This document shows positions 12,135 to 21,043 of a stretch of 64,000 bases of DNA, one piece after another. Within the stretch, counting starts at the first letter, position 1, and each line of letters starts with the position of its first letter. The notes under the pieces are model-generated. The model made no database searches. It was not told where the DNA came from and saw nothing but the letters and a program-made list of their open reading frames with translations. The stretch comes from Paraspadella gotoi (lineage: Eukaryota > Animalia > Chaetognatha), in NCBI GenBank assembly GCA_051294375.1, contig CM119265.1, positions 3,851,025 to 3,915,024 on the forward strand, read 5' to 3'. A program made the position numbers and the translations under genes.

Positions 12135-13829
12135 TCTTCTCGCCTCTCTTCTCTCTCTCTCCTCTCTCTCTCTCTTCTCTGTTTTCTTTGGGTGAGAGAT
12201 CTTCACCACAGATTAAACCATTGCTAATTCCGGGTTGCGCCATTCTCCGCGTGAGGAATGGCATTTAATGCCCCTCTTCGCATCATGCTGGCATTTCATG
12301 CCGCAAAGATCTCGAAGCCAAAATTCAAATCGCTCCATTAATGATTGAGCCACTTAAACAGCATTAAACTCTCTCTCTCTACTTTTCTCGTATCTCCCTC
12401 TCTCTCTCTCCTCTCTCCTCTCATCTCTCTCTGCTCATCTCTCTCTCATCTCTCTCTCCTCTCTCCCCTCTCGTCTATCCTGGGCAAAATTCTTCTTTTT
12501 TGTGTTTTCGAGTTTTTGTCGTAAAAATGCAAACTAAGACTTCGTCTCTTCATTCGCATCCCACGCGCGAAGAAGACGCATGCGCACAAAGGCGGGGGTG
12601 GATGCGTACACGCGTACACGCTTACAAAGATGTGCGCACGTTTACCAACATGCGCGCACATTTACTAAGATAAGCGCGACGTGAAAAGTGATTTCTCTCT
12701 CACCGATGATGAATCGGATTTTTATTCACAAAATATTTCAACTTTATAGAGCAATGAGAAGTGTTCCCGAATTGAATGAATTTGGTACAACCAATATAAA
12801 ATTATCAATTAATGTGATAAATAAGCTATATTACCTCCTGACTTTGGTCAGGCTATGGTTTGATAAAGCCTCCATACCACTAAAAGATAATGCAAGCTTT
12901 TTTGTAAGACTCTCTGACAGTCTAGTTAATTTCTTCCTTCTTCTATTTTTTTTTTTTAATTTTCCTTCCTCCTTTCTTTCAGTCTTTTTCCTTTCTTTTT
13001 TCGTCCTTATTATCTTTTCCTTCTCTCTTCCTTCTTCCCTCACTTTTTCTTTTCTTTCTTTTCCTTTTTATTTTCACGAAGGAAGAATTTTCCCAAAAAA
13101 TTAACCCACGCTCGAGATTTTTTTGACCCGCGTTATTTTTTTGACTCTTAATCGTCGTCCCGACTCGCGAGCTCCGCTTCACACATTTTGCATCTTTAAA
13201 CATTATTTCACCGAATCTTTTGGCCCTTTCCCTTTCTTCCCTTTCTTCAATCTCTTCCCTCTTTCCTTTCCTTTCCTCCCCATTTTTTTCTTTCCTTTCC
13301 TTTCCTCCCTCACCTCCGCTCCCCTTTCTCTCTCTCTTCCCCCTTTCTCTCTTCTCGCTTCTTTTTTTCTTTCTTTCATCGTTCCCCATTCACAACTTAG
13401 ATTCAGCGGGATAGAGAGAGAGACGATTCCAAAGAAAGGCAGGGGGTCTGCTGGAGGCGTTAGTGGGCAAAGCCGTGTGGGCGTTTTCTGACCACGCGCG
13501 TACAATAAGAGGCTCGTACCGACAATAACCGAAAAACTTAAAAGCTTTTCTCTTTGGTGTAAACAAATTCTCTCGAGGATTAATACAAGGGAAAGCCTAA
13601 TCCGAAATATATGCAAACATAATACTTTGAACTTTTTTACGTAAGATTCGTCAAACCCTAATCATTTAAAATAACTTATATTACAAAAACGATTTTATAT
13701 AAAAATTCAAGATTAGTACAACTGGATGTGTAAAAGTTATCGATTTATTAGTAAACATAGTGACTATGTGACAGGCTATATACTATTTTAAAATAATGAA
13801 ATTATTCGTTTTGCCTGTCTTCTTTTCAG

Positions 13830-13984
13830 GTTCTTTCTATAACTAGTAACCGTCCAAAACAAAAGAATTAAGTCTATTCTTGTCGTCGACAATCAATATA
13901 TGCAAATTGACAAATAACTCAACGGAACGATTGTTCCCTACTTCAGCTTCCAGGAAATGCCTCAGCGTCGGGATTGAAGTTGAG
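13830..13984 (+). CDS. ftz-f1: FTZ-F1/NR5A DNA-binding domain exon (second zinc finger), frameshifted as assembled
   Basis: Acceptor tcttttcag| at 13829 and donor |gtgagt at 13985. Reading across single-base indels gives GF..TVQNKR.VYSCVDNQ.C.IDKTQR.RCPY..FQKCLSVGMKLE, the conserved NR5A ZF2 exon. In NR5A genes this exon is followed by the AVRxDRMRGG exon, found here at 50973. Confidence 0.85.
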
Positions 13985-15368
13985 GTGAGTTTTAATTGCT
14001 TGCTGCTTGCTTGCTGGCTTGCTTGCTTTGCTTGCTCTTTAAAAAATTACTTGTTTCACTATTTGCTATTTTTACATTTTATAAATTAATGATCTCTTAA
14101 ATTGTGTCATATTCCCTTTCTCTTTTCCTCTCATTCTTTATATCTTCTTTCATTCTTTTTCATTCTTTCTTCTCTTTTTTTACTATTCCTTCTTTCTTTC
14201 TTCTTCTTCTTTACATTTCTTTCTTGCTCATTCTTCTTCTTTCAATTCTTTCTTCTTTTTCTCTCTTCCTTTCTTTCTTTCTTTCTTTTTTTCTTTCTTT
14301 ATTTTTTCTTTCTTTCTCTCTTTCTTTCTTGCTTTTTTTTTCTCTACTCACTTTCTTTACTTTCTTTCTTTTTTTTGATTCTCTGCCTTTTCTTATTTCT
14401 TCCTTCCTCTTCTCTCACCGTTAATCTCCTCTCTTCCTCCCTTGACTGATTGGCCGACATTTATCTCCTCTTCAAAAGGGGATTTGTCGTCTTTCCTTCT
14501 TTCCTTCACTTTCGCCCTTCCTCTCCTTCCTTTCTTGCTCCCTTGACTCTCCTCCTCCCTTTCCTCCTTTCCTTCCATTCTTCCCTTCCTCTCCTTCTCC
14601 CGTTTTCTATCTTTTCCTCCCTTCCTCCTCCCTTTCGCTCCCTTCCCTTGCCTCCCTTTCTCCCTTCCCTTCCCTCCCCTTTCCTCCCTTCTTTCTCTCT
14701 CACGAGCTTGGAGAGGATTTACCTGATGCTTTTTCGCCGCGTTCTCTTATCTCTTCGTCTTGAGACTCCCATGAAATATTCCTCTTCACTCGTCTTTGCC
14801 ACCTCCTCCTCTNNNNNNNNNNNNNNNNNNNNNNNNNNNNNNNNNNNNNNNNNNNNNNNNNNNNNNNNNNNNNNNNNNNNNNNNNNNNNNNNNNNNNNNN
14901 NNNNNNNNNNNNTTGGTGAAATTAAAAAAGAGGTTTCTAATGTTATTTGTAACATCTTTTAATCAAGACAAAAACAGTTCTGATTTGAATTCAAAAAACA
15001 GGCAGTTAAAAGAAAACACATTTGAAAACAAAAGATGAAAATATTTTGGGGAGAATGGTTGATCTTGAGGTGAGTTGAGGTGTCAACCTAATTGTTATAG
15101 GATGATGGTTGACCGATCGACCTTAAAGGTGGCCGCATGCCCCCCTGTTGAAATATATACTAAAATATATATTCAATAAAATAGTTGTCGTCCACCGAGT
15201 CTATGAAATATATATATCTACTAATATATAGAAACAATTAAAAAAAAATTATTCAACACCAAATAAATTGAAAATAGATAACTTGACTTCGTAGGAAGAA
15301 TTAACAATTTGAGAAAAAGAAAATACATAATCTCTAATATGTACAATATATAGGTATAACAAGGGGTT

Positions 15369-18300
15369 TTACTTTTCACATTTTTTGTTGTTGTTGTCTA
15401 TCATTTGTCGTTGTAGCATCTCCTTTAGGACAACAGAGTACATTGGACGATTCGACAAATTTTTCGTGGTCGGCTTGGATGCTTGATCACACGTTGGCTC
15501 ATTTCGTTTCTTTTCTCTGTTGTTGTTGTTGTTGTGACTTTCTTGCTCGGTAGAAGTTGATGAGCGTGGAGGCCGGGGAGAAAGAGAAGTAGATGACAAC
15601 AAACGTAAAGGGGATGGTGGAGGGGAGGAGGGACACTGGGGGTCTTGGGGATGAGAGGAGGTTGTTGAGGAAAGAGGAGGAGGAGGAGGAGGAGGAAGTG
15701 CAGATGAAATGGGAGAAATCGCGCGCCGAGTCATTGAGCGCGTTGTTCGAGTCGTTGGTGCTGGCGCGCGAGTTCGTGGACCGGGTGGGCGACCTCTTGG
15801 GCGTCGAGGGAGTTGACCTAGCTCCTCAACATCCAACACTTCATCACTGATCCGGGCGGGTTTGACTCGTGAAATGTTTACCGTTTCACGCCCGGTGCTC
15901 GGTATGTCGATGGTAATGTTCAACCCATTGCGGTTGACCACTCTGTACGGCCCCTCGTAGGGTGGAACCAGTGATGGCTGTATTTTGGCTCTCCTGATGA
16001 AGACATACTTGGCTGTCTCCAGGTCGCTCGGAATGTGTACAGCCGGTTGATGGTGCGCTGAAGTTGGAGTAGGTTGAAGACGCGCGACTTCCACTCGAAG
16101 TTTAGCCAGCTGGTTTTGCCGCCGCAGCTGCAATGCTGCGTCGTCGTTCTGTGCATCATCAACGATACATCCGGGGACGCTGATTCCTTCTCCGAATACT
16201 AGGTCTGCTGCAGAGGCGCCGATGTCCTCCTTGACTGTGGTTCTTATTGCTAAGAGAGTCATTGGTAATTTCCAGTACCAATTCTCTCTGTTTTCGTTGC
16301 CGAGGGCGATGAGAGACTCTTTCAGCCGCCGATGAAAACGCTCCACCAGGCCGTTGGCCTGCGGGTGATACGCCGTCGTTGTTTGGTGTTTAATGCCCCA
16401 TTGCTTCAGCAGCTGTTGCCACAGCGTCGAGCCGAACTGCGTCCCTTGGTCGGTCGTGATGAAGGATGGAGTCCCAAACGAGGCAATCCAGTCGTGGCTG
16501 AGTGCGTCTAAGATGGTCGATGTGAGCGTGTCGTGGATGGGGATGGCGGTTGGCCATCTTGAGAAACGGTCGACAATGGTGAGTAAGTGTGAAAAACCGT
16601 TTGATTTTGGCATTTTAACAAGATCGAGATTTAAATGTTGAAATCGTCTTGGTGGTATTTTGAATTCGCCTATCTCCGGTATCACATGTCGTGTAACTTT
16701 GGCTCTTTGACAGTCGACGCAGTCTCTGGCCCAGCGAGTTACGTCTTGCCGCATGCTGGTCCAGACAAATTTGGCAGCGACGGCCTTGCGTGTAGCGTCA
16801 ACGCCTGGATGTCCTAGACCATGGATAATGTCAAAAATTTTTTGGCGCCACGATGCCGGCACAAAAGGTCGAGCTGGGCCATTTGAAATATCCACTAGCA
16901 GGTCCTCATTGCCAACTCGAATCTTGCGGAAGGTGAGACCCGATCTCGCGTCTTCTGCCAACTTCCGGTAGTCGGGATCCAGCGCCTGTTCCCTCGCCAT
17001 CTGTTCGAAATCAACTTCGAAACTGGTGAGTGAGGCGATGACGGCATGGGCGTCTTCCAATCTGTTTGCTTTTATTGACTTCTCTTTTGCATTTGACGCG
17101 GTCGACCCGGCGCTGTTTGACGGCGCGGTCGACTCGGCGCTGTTTGACGGCGCGGTCAACCCGGCGCTGTTTGACGGCGCGGTCGACCCGGCGCTGTTTG
17201 ATGGCGCGGTCGACTCGGCGCTGTTTGACGGCGCGGTCGACCCGGCGCTGTTTGGCGGTGCAGTCGACCCGACGTTGGTTGTGGGTGCTGCTGCTGTGGC
17301 GTTAGGTCGAGACAACGCGTCAGCAACCACATTTGCCTTGCCTTTCAAATATCGCACATCTGTTGTGAACTCGGCAATGACTGATAGCTGATACGATTGG
17401 CGGACGGTTTGTGGCTCAGTCTTCTTTTTGATCGCCGAAACCAGACTCTGATGATCCGTATAGATCGTAAATGGTCGACCTTCCACCCAATGACGAAAAT
17501 GTCGAACTGCTTTGAAGGCACCGAAAAGCTCTTTATCAAAAGGTGGCCAAAGTTTTTGATTTTTGGCGAGTTTGGCTGAGAAAAATGCCAGAGGCTCCCA
17601 ACCTTTCGGTCCGCGCTGTTCTAGAACGGCGCCGACGGCTTGATCGGAGGCGTCAGTTGTAATGCAGAGCTGCGCGCCAGTTCGCGGGTGGTGGAGGAGC
17701 GCCGCTTGAATTAGGCCATCCTTTATGGCTTCAAAAGCGCGCCCGCAGTCGTCCGTCCACTCAAGAGTCTTTGGTTTGCCGCTCAATGCTTCGTAGAGAG
17801 GCGCGCATCGATGAGCTACTCGCGGAATAAACCGTCGGTAGTAGTTTATCATGCCTAGGAAACGTTGAAGCTCTTTGATCGTTGTGGGCCTCGTGGTTTC
17901 GCGTAGAGTATTGACTCTCTCCGGTAGGGGTCGAACGCCATTTTTGTCAACCAGAAAGCCAAGAAATTCCAGGGATTCACGGCCAAGTTGACATTTTTTG
18001 GTGTTCACGACCAAACCGTTGGCATCAAGGGCTTTGAAAACTCGCTCGAGATCTTGATGATGCTCTTCTGGGGACGATGAGGCGACGAGGATGTCGTCAA
18101 GATATACAAATGTGTGGGGAATGTCCCCGAGTATCTCGTCCATGAGTCGCTGGAAATCCTGTCCAGCATTTTTCAGGCCAAAAGGACAACGTGGGAAGAC
18201 ATAGAGTCCAAAAGGCGTTATGACTGCCGTCTTTTTGACGTCATCAGGGTTTACTGGGATTTGATGGTATCCTTTTAAAAGATCGATTTTTGAAAAGATC

Positions 18301-19118
18301 GTCTTTCCTTCCAGTTGCGAATTAAAATCCGTGAGAAGCTTTACTGGGTATTTGTCGTCGATGGTTTGAGCGTTCAATCTACGATAATCTCCACAGCAGC
18401 GCCACCCTCCATCCGGTTTTGGGACGACGTGGAGCGGTGACGACCATTCAGATTTTCCCCTCTTCGCGATACCCATTGACACCATCTTCTCCAACTCCCT
18501 TTTGGCGACAGCCAGCTTCTCTGGATCCAGGCGCCGCGCTCGAGACTGACAGGGGCGCCCTTCGGTCGGGATGGAGTGGGTGACGCCATGCTTCGGTTCT
18601 TTTATTTCGAAGGTGGGAGTTGAGAGAGAGGGAAAGGACTCGAGGAGCTTGTAAAATTTTTCTCCCTGACGATCAACAAAGTTTAAGTGAGCAGTCACTT
18701 CCGTTGCTGTTGACGCCGCGATTGTTGAATAATCGTGAAGGTCCATTAGCAGCCCGTCGCGGTGATTTGGCGCCAAAAAATTTTCTGCCAAAAAATCCGC
18801 GCCGAGGATGTGCTGCTTGACGTCGGCGACAACAAACTCGTAGTTGAATTTACGGTTTCCCAACTGCACTGTCTTCTCAATCGTTCCGTAGCAGTTGATG
18901 GGCGAGCCGTTTGCCGCTTGCAGTTTGATTTGCGGGTCTGGGCCACGCCCCCTTTGCTCTTGAGTTGGCGGGACGATGGAGAGGAGGGCGCCGCCATCGA
19001 CGAGCCATTTAGTTCGGTCCTTGGCGTCTCTTATGAATAAGAGATCGTTGGGCGCCGGTGATCGAGTCGACTCACGGGGGACGGCGTTCACCGACGGCGC
19101 CCCCCTTTCCCGTTTCCC
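15369..19118 (-). CDS. pol: Pol polyprotein (protease, RT, RNase H, integrase), probably made by -1 frameshift from gag
   Basis: 1240-aa ORF with LVDGGA protease, RT (CGDYRRLN, KIDLLKGYHQI, PFGLKNA, YLDD), RNase H (TDAS, TDH), integrase HHCC, D-D-E (HLNLD, TTDQG, NGLVERF) and GPY. The annotated start is a GTG overlapping the gag stop, and the frame stays open back to the slippery site at 19112-19118. Confidence 0.97.
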   Translation of the reverse strand, partial: GKRERGAPSVNAVPRESTRSPAPNDLLFIRDAKDRTKWLVDGGALLSIVPPTQEQRGRGPDPQIKLQAANGSPINCYGTIEKTVQLGNRKFNYEFVVADVKQHILGADFLAENFLAPNHRDGLLMDLHDYSTIAASTATEVTAHLNFVDRQGEKFYKLLESFPSLSTPTFEIKEPKHGVTHSIPTEGRPCQSRARRLDPEKLAVAKRELEKMVSMGIAKRGKSEWSSPLHVVPKPDGGWRCCGDYRRLNAQTIDDKYPVKLLTDFNSQLEGKTIFSKIDLLKGYHQIPVNPDDVKKTAVITPFGLYVFPRCPFGLKNAGQDFQRLMDEILGDIPHTFVYLDDILVASSSPEEHHQDLERVFKALDANGLVVNTKKCQLGRESLEFLGFLVDKNGVRPLPERVNTLRETTRPTTIKELQRFLGMINYYRRFIPRVAHRCAPLYEALSGKPKTLEWTDDCGRAFEAIKDGLIQAALLHHPRTGAQLCITTDASDQAVGAVLEQRGPKGWEPLAFFSAKLAKNQKLWPPFDKELFGAFKAVRHFRHWVEGRPFTIYTDHQSLVSAIKKKTEPQTVRQSYQLSVIAEFTTDVRYLKGKANVVADALSRPNATAAAPTTNVGSTAPPNSAGSTAPSNSAESTAPSNSAGSTAPSNSAGLTAPSNSAESTAPSNSAGSTASNAKEKSIKANRLEDAHAVIASLTSFEVDFEQMAREQALDPDYRKLAEDARSGLTFRKIRVGNEDLLVDISNGPARPFVPASWRQKIFDIIHGLGHPGVDATRKAVAAKFVWTSMRQDVTRWARDCVDCQRAKVTRHVIPEIGEFKIPPRRFQHLNLDLVKMPKSNGFSHLLTIVDRFSRWPTAIPIHDTLTSTILDALSHDWIASFGTPSFITTDQGTQFGSTLWQQLLKQWGIKHQTTTAYHPQANGLVERFHRRLKESLIALGNENRENWYWKLPMTLLAIRTTVKEDIGASAADLVFGEGISVPGCIVDDAQNDDAALQLRRQNQLAKLRVEVARLQPTPTSAHHQPAVHIPSDLETAKYVFIRRAKIQPSLVPPYEGPYRVVNRNGLNITIDIPSTGRETVNISRVKPARISDEVLDVEELGQLPRRPRGRPPGPRTRAPAPTTRTTRSMTRRAISPISSALPPPPPPPLSSTTSSHPQDPQCPSSPPPSPLRLLSSTSLSPRPPRSSTSTEQESHNNNNNREKKRNEPTCDQASKPTTKNLSNRPMYSVVLKEMLQRQMIDNNNKKCEK
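17101..17271 (-). repeat. 27-bp coding minisatellite within pol, about 6.3 units, encoding (STAPSNSAG/E)n
   Basis: Unit gtcgacccggcgctgtttgacggcgcg starts at 17101, 17128, 17155, 17182, 17209, 17236 and 17263. Confidence 0.95.
19053..19118 (-). promoter_or_regulatory. -1 programmed ribosomal frameshift signal (slippery heptamer plus H-type pseudoknot)
   Basis: G GGA AAC in the gag frame (19112-19118), then a 6-nt spacer. Stem 1 is GGGGGGCG/CGUCCCCC and stem 2 is CGUCGGUGA/UCACCGGCG. A -1 shift enters the pol frame. Confidence 0.85.
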
Positions 19119-20188
19119 TCGCGCTTCTGCTGGGTCTCATCGAATTTTGAACAACCAGGTTCACAAGACCAAGCTTCATCGCCAAACTTCGCGTGTTTGT
19201 GACAAAGGGTCACGAGTTTTGGTTTCGCCCTTTCCTTTGTTGGTTGGCGTTTTTTCTTGCTGAAAATCCTCTTGTGAGCGGCGCCCACGGCATTGATCCT
19301 GTCGTCGTCATCTGAGTCCGTCTCGCCCTGATCACGGCAACTGGTGTCGACATTGTGGATAAGGGATGACGATTGGCGGATTTTTAAGTTGCCGTCGTTG
19401 TCATAGTGACGGTCAGCCAATTGACAAAGGTCACTGGCTGACAGCTCATCCGCCTTATCTTCCAGTTGACGACGCACTTCGGTCGGGAGTTCGCGTAGAA
19501 TCTTTTCTTTACGAATGTCGTCTATCTTCAACGTCTTCGTCTTCTCTTCCAACTGGGCGAGGATCTTTGACGGCTTGATGCCGTCGCAGTCGAGAGCATC
19601 GAGAATGCAGGCGGCCTGTTGGCGCCGGGTCAGGCCATATTCTTTGCGCAGATATTCGATAAACTGCATCCATGTTGAATCAGTAGTTTCGCCGTATAAG
19701 AATTGATTAATCTTAGGATCAACGTTTACGCCGATTTTAGATTCTAAGTGGGCGAATTTTGATTTTGCGGCGATGATTCCGGCGCGAGTATAGGCCGCCT
19801 CTACGCGTTTTATCCAAATTTCGATGTTGGAGGTGTCGAAGTCTGGGAGGTCGGGTTTTCGGCTCGACGCTCGCTCGAGGGCGCGTGTCGCCGCGGCGAG
19901 GGCGGCGCGAAGCTCGTCGTTTTCGTCGCGAAGGTCGCGCGTTGCGGCGCCGCCGGCTGCCATATCGGCATCGAAACTAACGTCGGCGTCGTTAAAATTA
20001 CCAAGAGCGGCGCCGGCGTGATGCTCTGGGACGGCGCTCTGAAACTCGAAAGTCGGAGCGGCGTCGGCGAAGACCGGCGACGTGGAGCGAGAGCGGTTGC
20101 CGCGACCAAAGCCTCCTGGAACCTGGAGTCGTACGTCTGGGTCGCGCTGAGCAGAGCGGAGACGGGAGCGGATATCGGAGTCGCTCAT
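19088..20188 (-). CDS. gag: Gag (366 aa)
   Basis: LPDFDTSNIEIWIKRVEAAY..SKF capsid-like N-terminal motif, C-terminal CHKHAKFGDEAWSCEPGC knuckle, and position directly upstream of pol. Confidence 0.92.
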   Translation of the reverse strand: MSDSDIRSRLRSAQRDPDVRLQVPGGFGRGNRSRSTSPVFADAAPTFEFQSAVPEHHAGAALGNFNDADVSFDADMAAGGAATRDLRDENDELRAALAAATRALERASSRKPDLPDFDTSNIEIWIKRVEAAYTRAGIIAAKSKFAHLESKIGVNVDPKINQFLYGETTDSTWMQFIEYLRKEYGLTRRQQAACILDALDCDGIKPSKILAQLEEKTKTLKIDDIRKEKILRELPTEVRRQLEDKADELSASDLCQLADRHYDNDGNLKIRQSSSLIHNVDTSCRDQGETDSDDDDRINAVGAAHKRIFSKKKRQPTKERAKPKLVTLCHKHAKFGDEAWSCEPGCSKFDETQQKREGNGKGGRRR

Positions 20189-20247
20189 CGGGAGAATCCT
20201 GTCTCCAACACGGTGTGGGCACTCCAGAAGGTTGGCTTGGTTTGAAT

Positions 20248-20260
20248 GTCGGTTTCACCA
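20248..20260 (-). promoter_or_regulatory. Primer-binding site, tRNA-Trp-like
   Basis: TGGTGAAACCGAC immediately follows the LTR-terminal CA. It has 2 mismatches to the TGGTGACCCCGAC Trp PBS typical of CsRN1 elements. Confidence 0.7.
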
Positions 20261-21043
20261 TGTGGGGAACGTCCGGNNNNNNNNNNATCAATCCAAAGTT
20301 AATGTTGACTGACAATTTACAAGCTGCCGTCTAAAGGAGAGAATGCTTCAATTCCCTCAAACGTTTCTTCGCTATTGCTCATTTAGTTAGGAAAAATTGG
20401 TACGTCGTCAATGTGCGGCCTAAAAGTCTCGTGATTCTACGATTCTACGAATCGGGAAATCAAAAACTCATTAATTTTTCATCAAAGTGCGAATCACCGT
20501 CATCTTACTCCTCCTCCTCCTCCTCCTCCTCCTCCTAATTCTCATCCCCTCCACAAATCCCTTCCTTTGTTGTCGTCGCATTAAAGCGAAGATTTGCCTC
20601 AACTTGGACCTTAATTGCGTCTGACGAATTTGTTAAAAGCGGATAGAGCTGAATGATATTACTTCATTTGTCTCGCAATTTACGGACTCTTCACTATTTC
20701 GACCAAAATATTTGAGAATAATTCGAAATTAGGCAAAACTGAAACTTATTCGAAACTTACTACCTCATTAACTATAACCAAAATCATTTAAATTTGTTCC
20801 GTTACAGATTTTATTCTGCAATAAACACTAAAGCAATTTTAATTAAAACGAATACAAACATACTAACTTAACTGTTGTTTTTATACATTATACAATGTAT
20901 AATATACATATACAATGCCCAAATTAATGAAAATAATGGTCAACCAATTAGACTTCCTCGACGCACCTCTTTATGTCCAGCATAACTCCTTCCTCACATC
21001 ATCATTTACATCACTTAGTCACATCACTTAGATAATTTATTCA

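Larger units (their letters stand above)
15137..20276 (-). mobile_element. Ty3/Gypsy LTR retrotransposon, CsRN1-like clade; internal region intact, LTRs not resolved
   Basis: Intact gag and pol in PR-RT-RH-IN order. Gag has the C-x2-H-x9-C-x3-C (CHCC) knuckle. The 5' LTR end ...CCCCACA abuts a PBS at 20260, and the rest of that LTR runs into the N gap at 20277. A PPT-like AGGGGGGCA precedes TGCGG at 15137. Confidence 0.95.

Noticed and set aside
17101-17271. Palindromic direct repeats resembling a CRISPR array (also 31028-31380 and 44410-44716)
   Set aside because: No unique spacers, no cas genes and a eukaryotic context. These are simple tandem repeats.
15593-20315. Small ORFs overlapping gag and pol
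   Set aside because: Alternate-frame or antisense shadows. No env-like or accessory gene was recognised.
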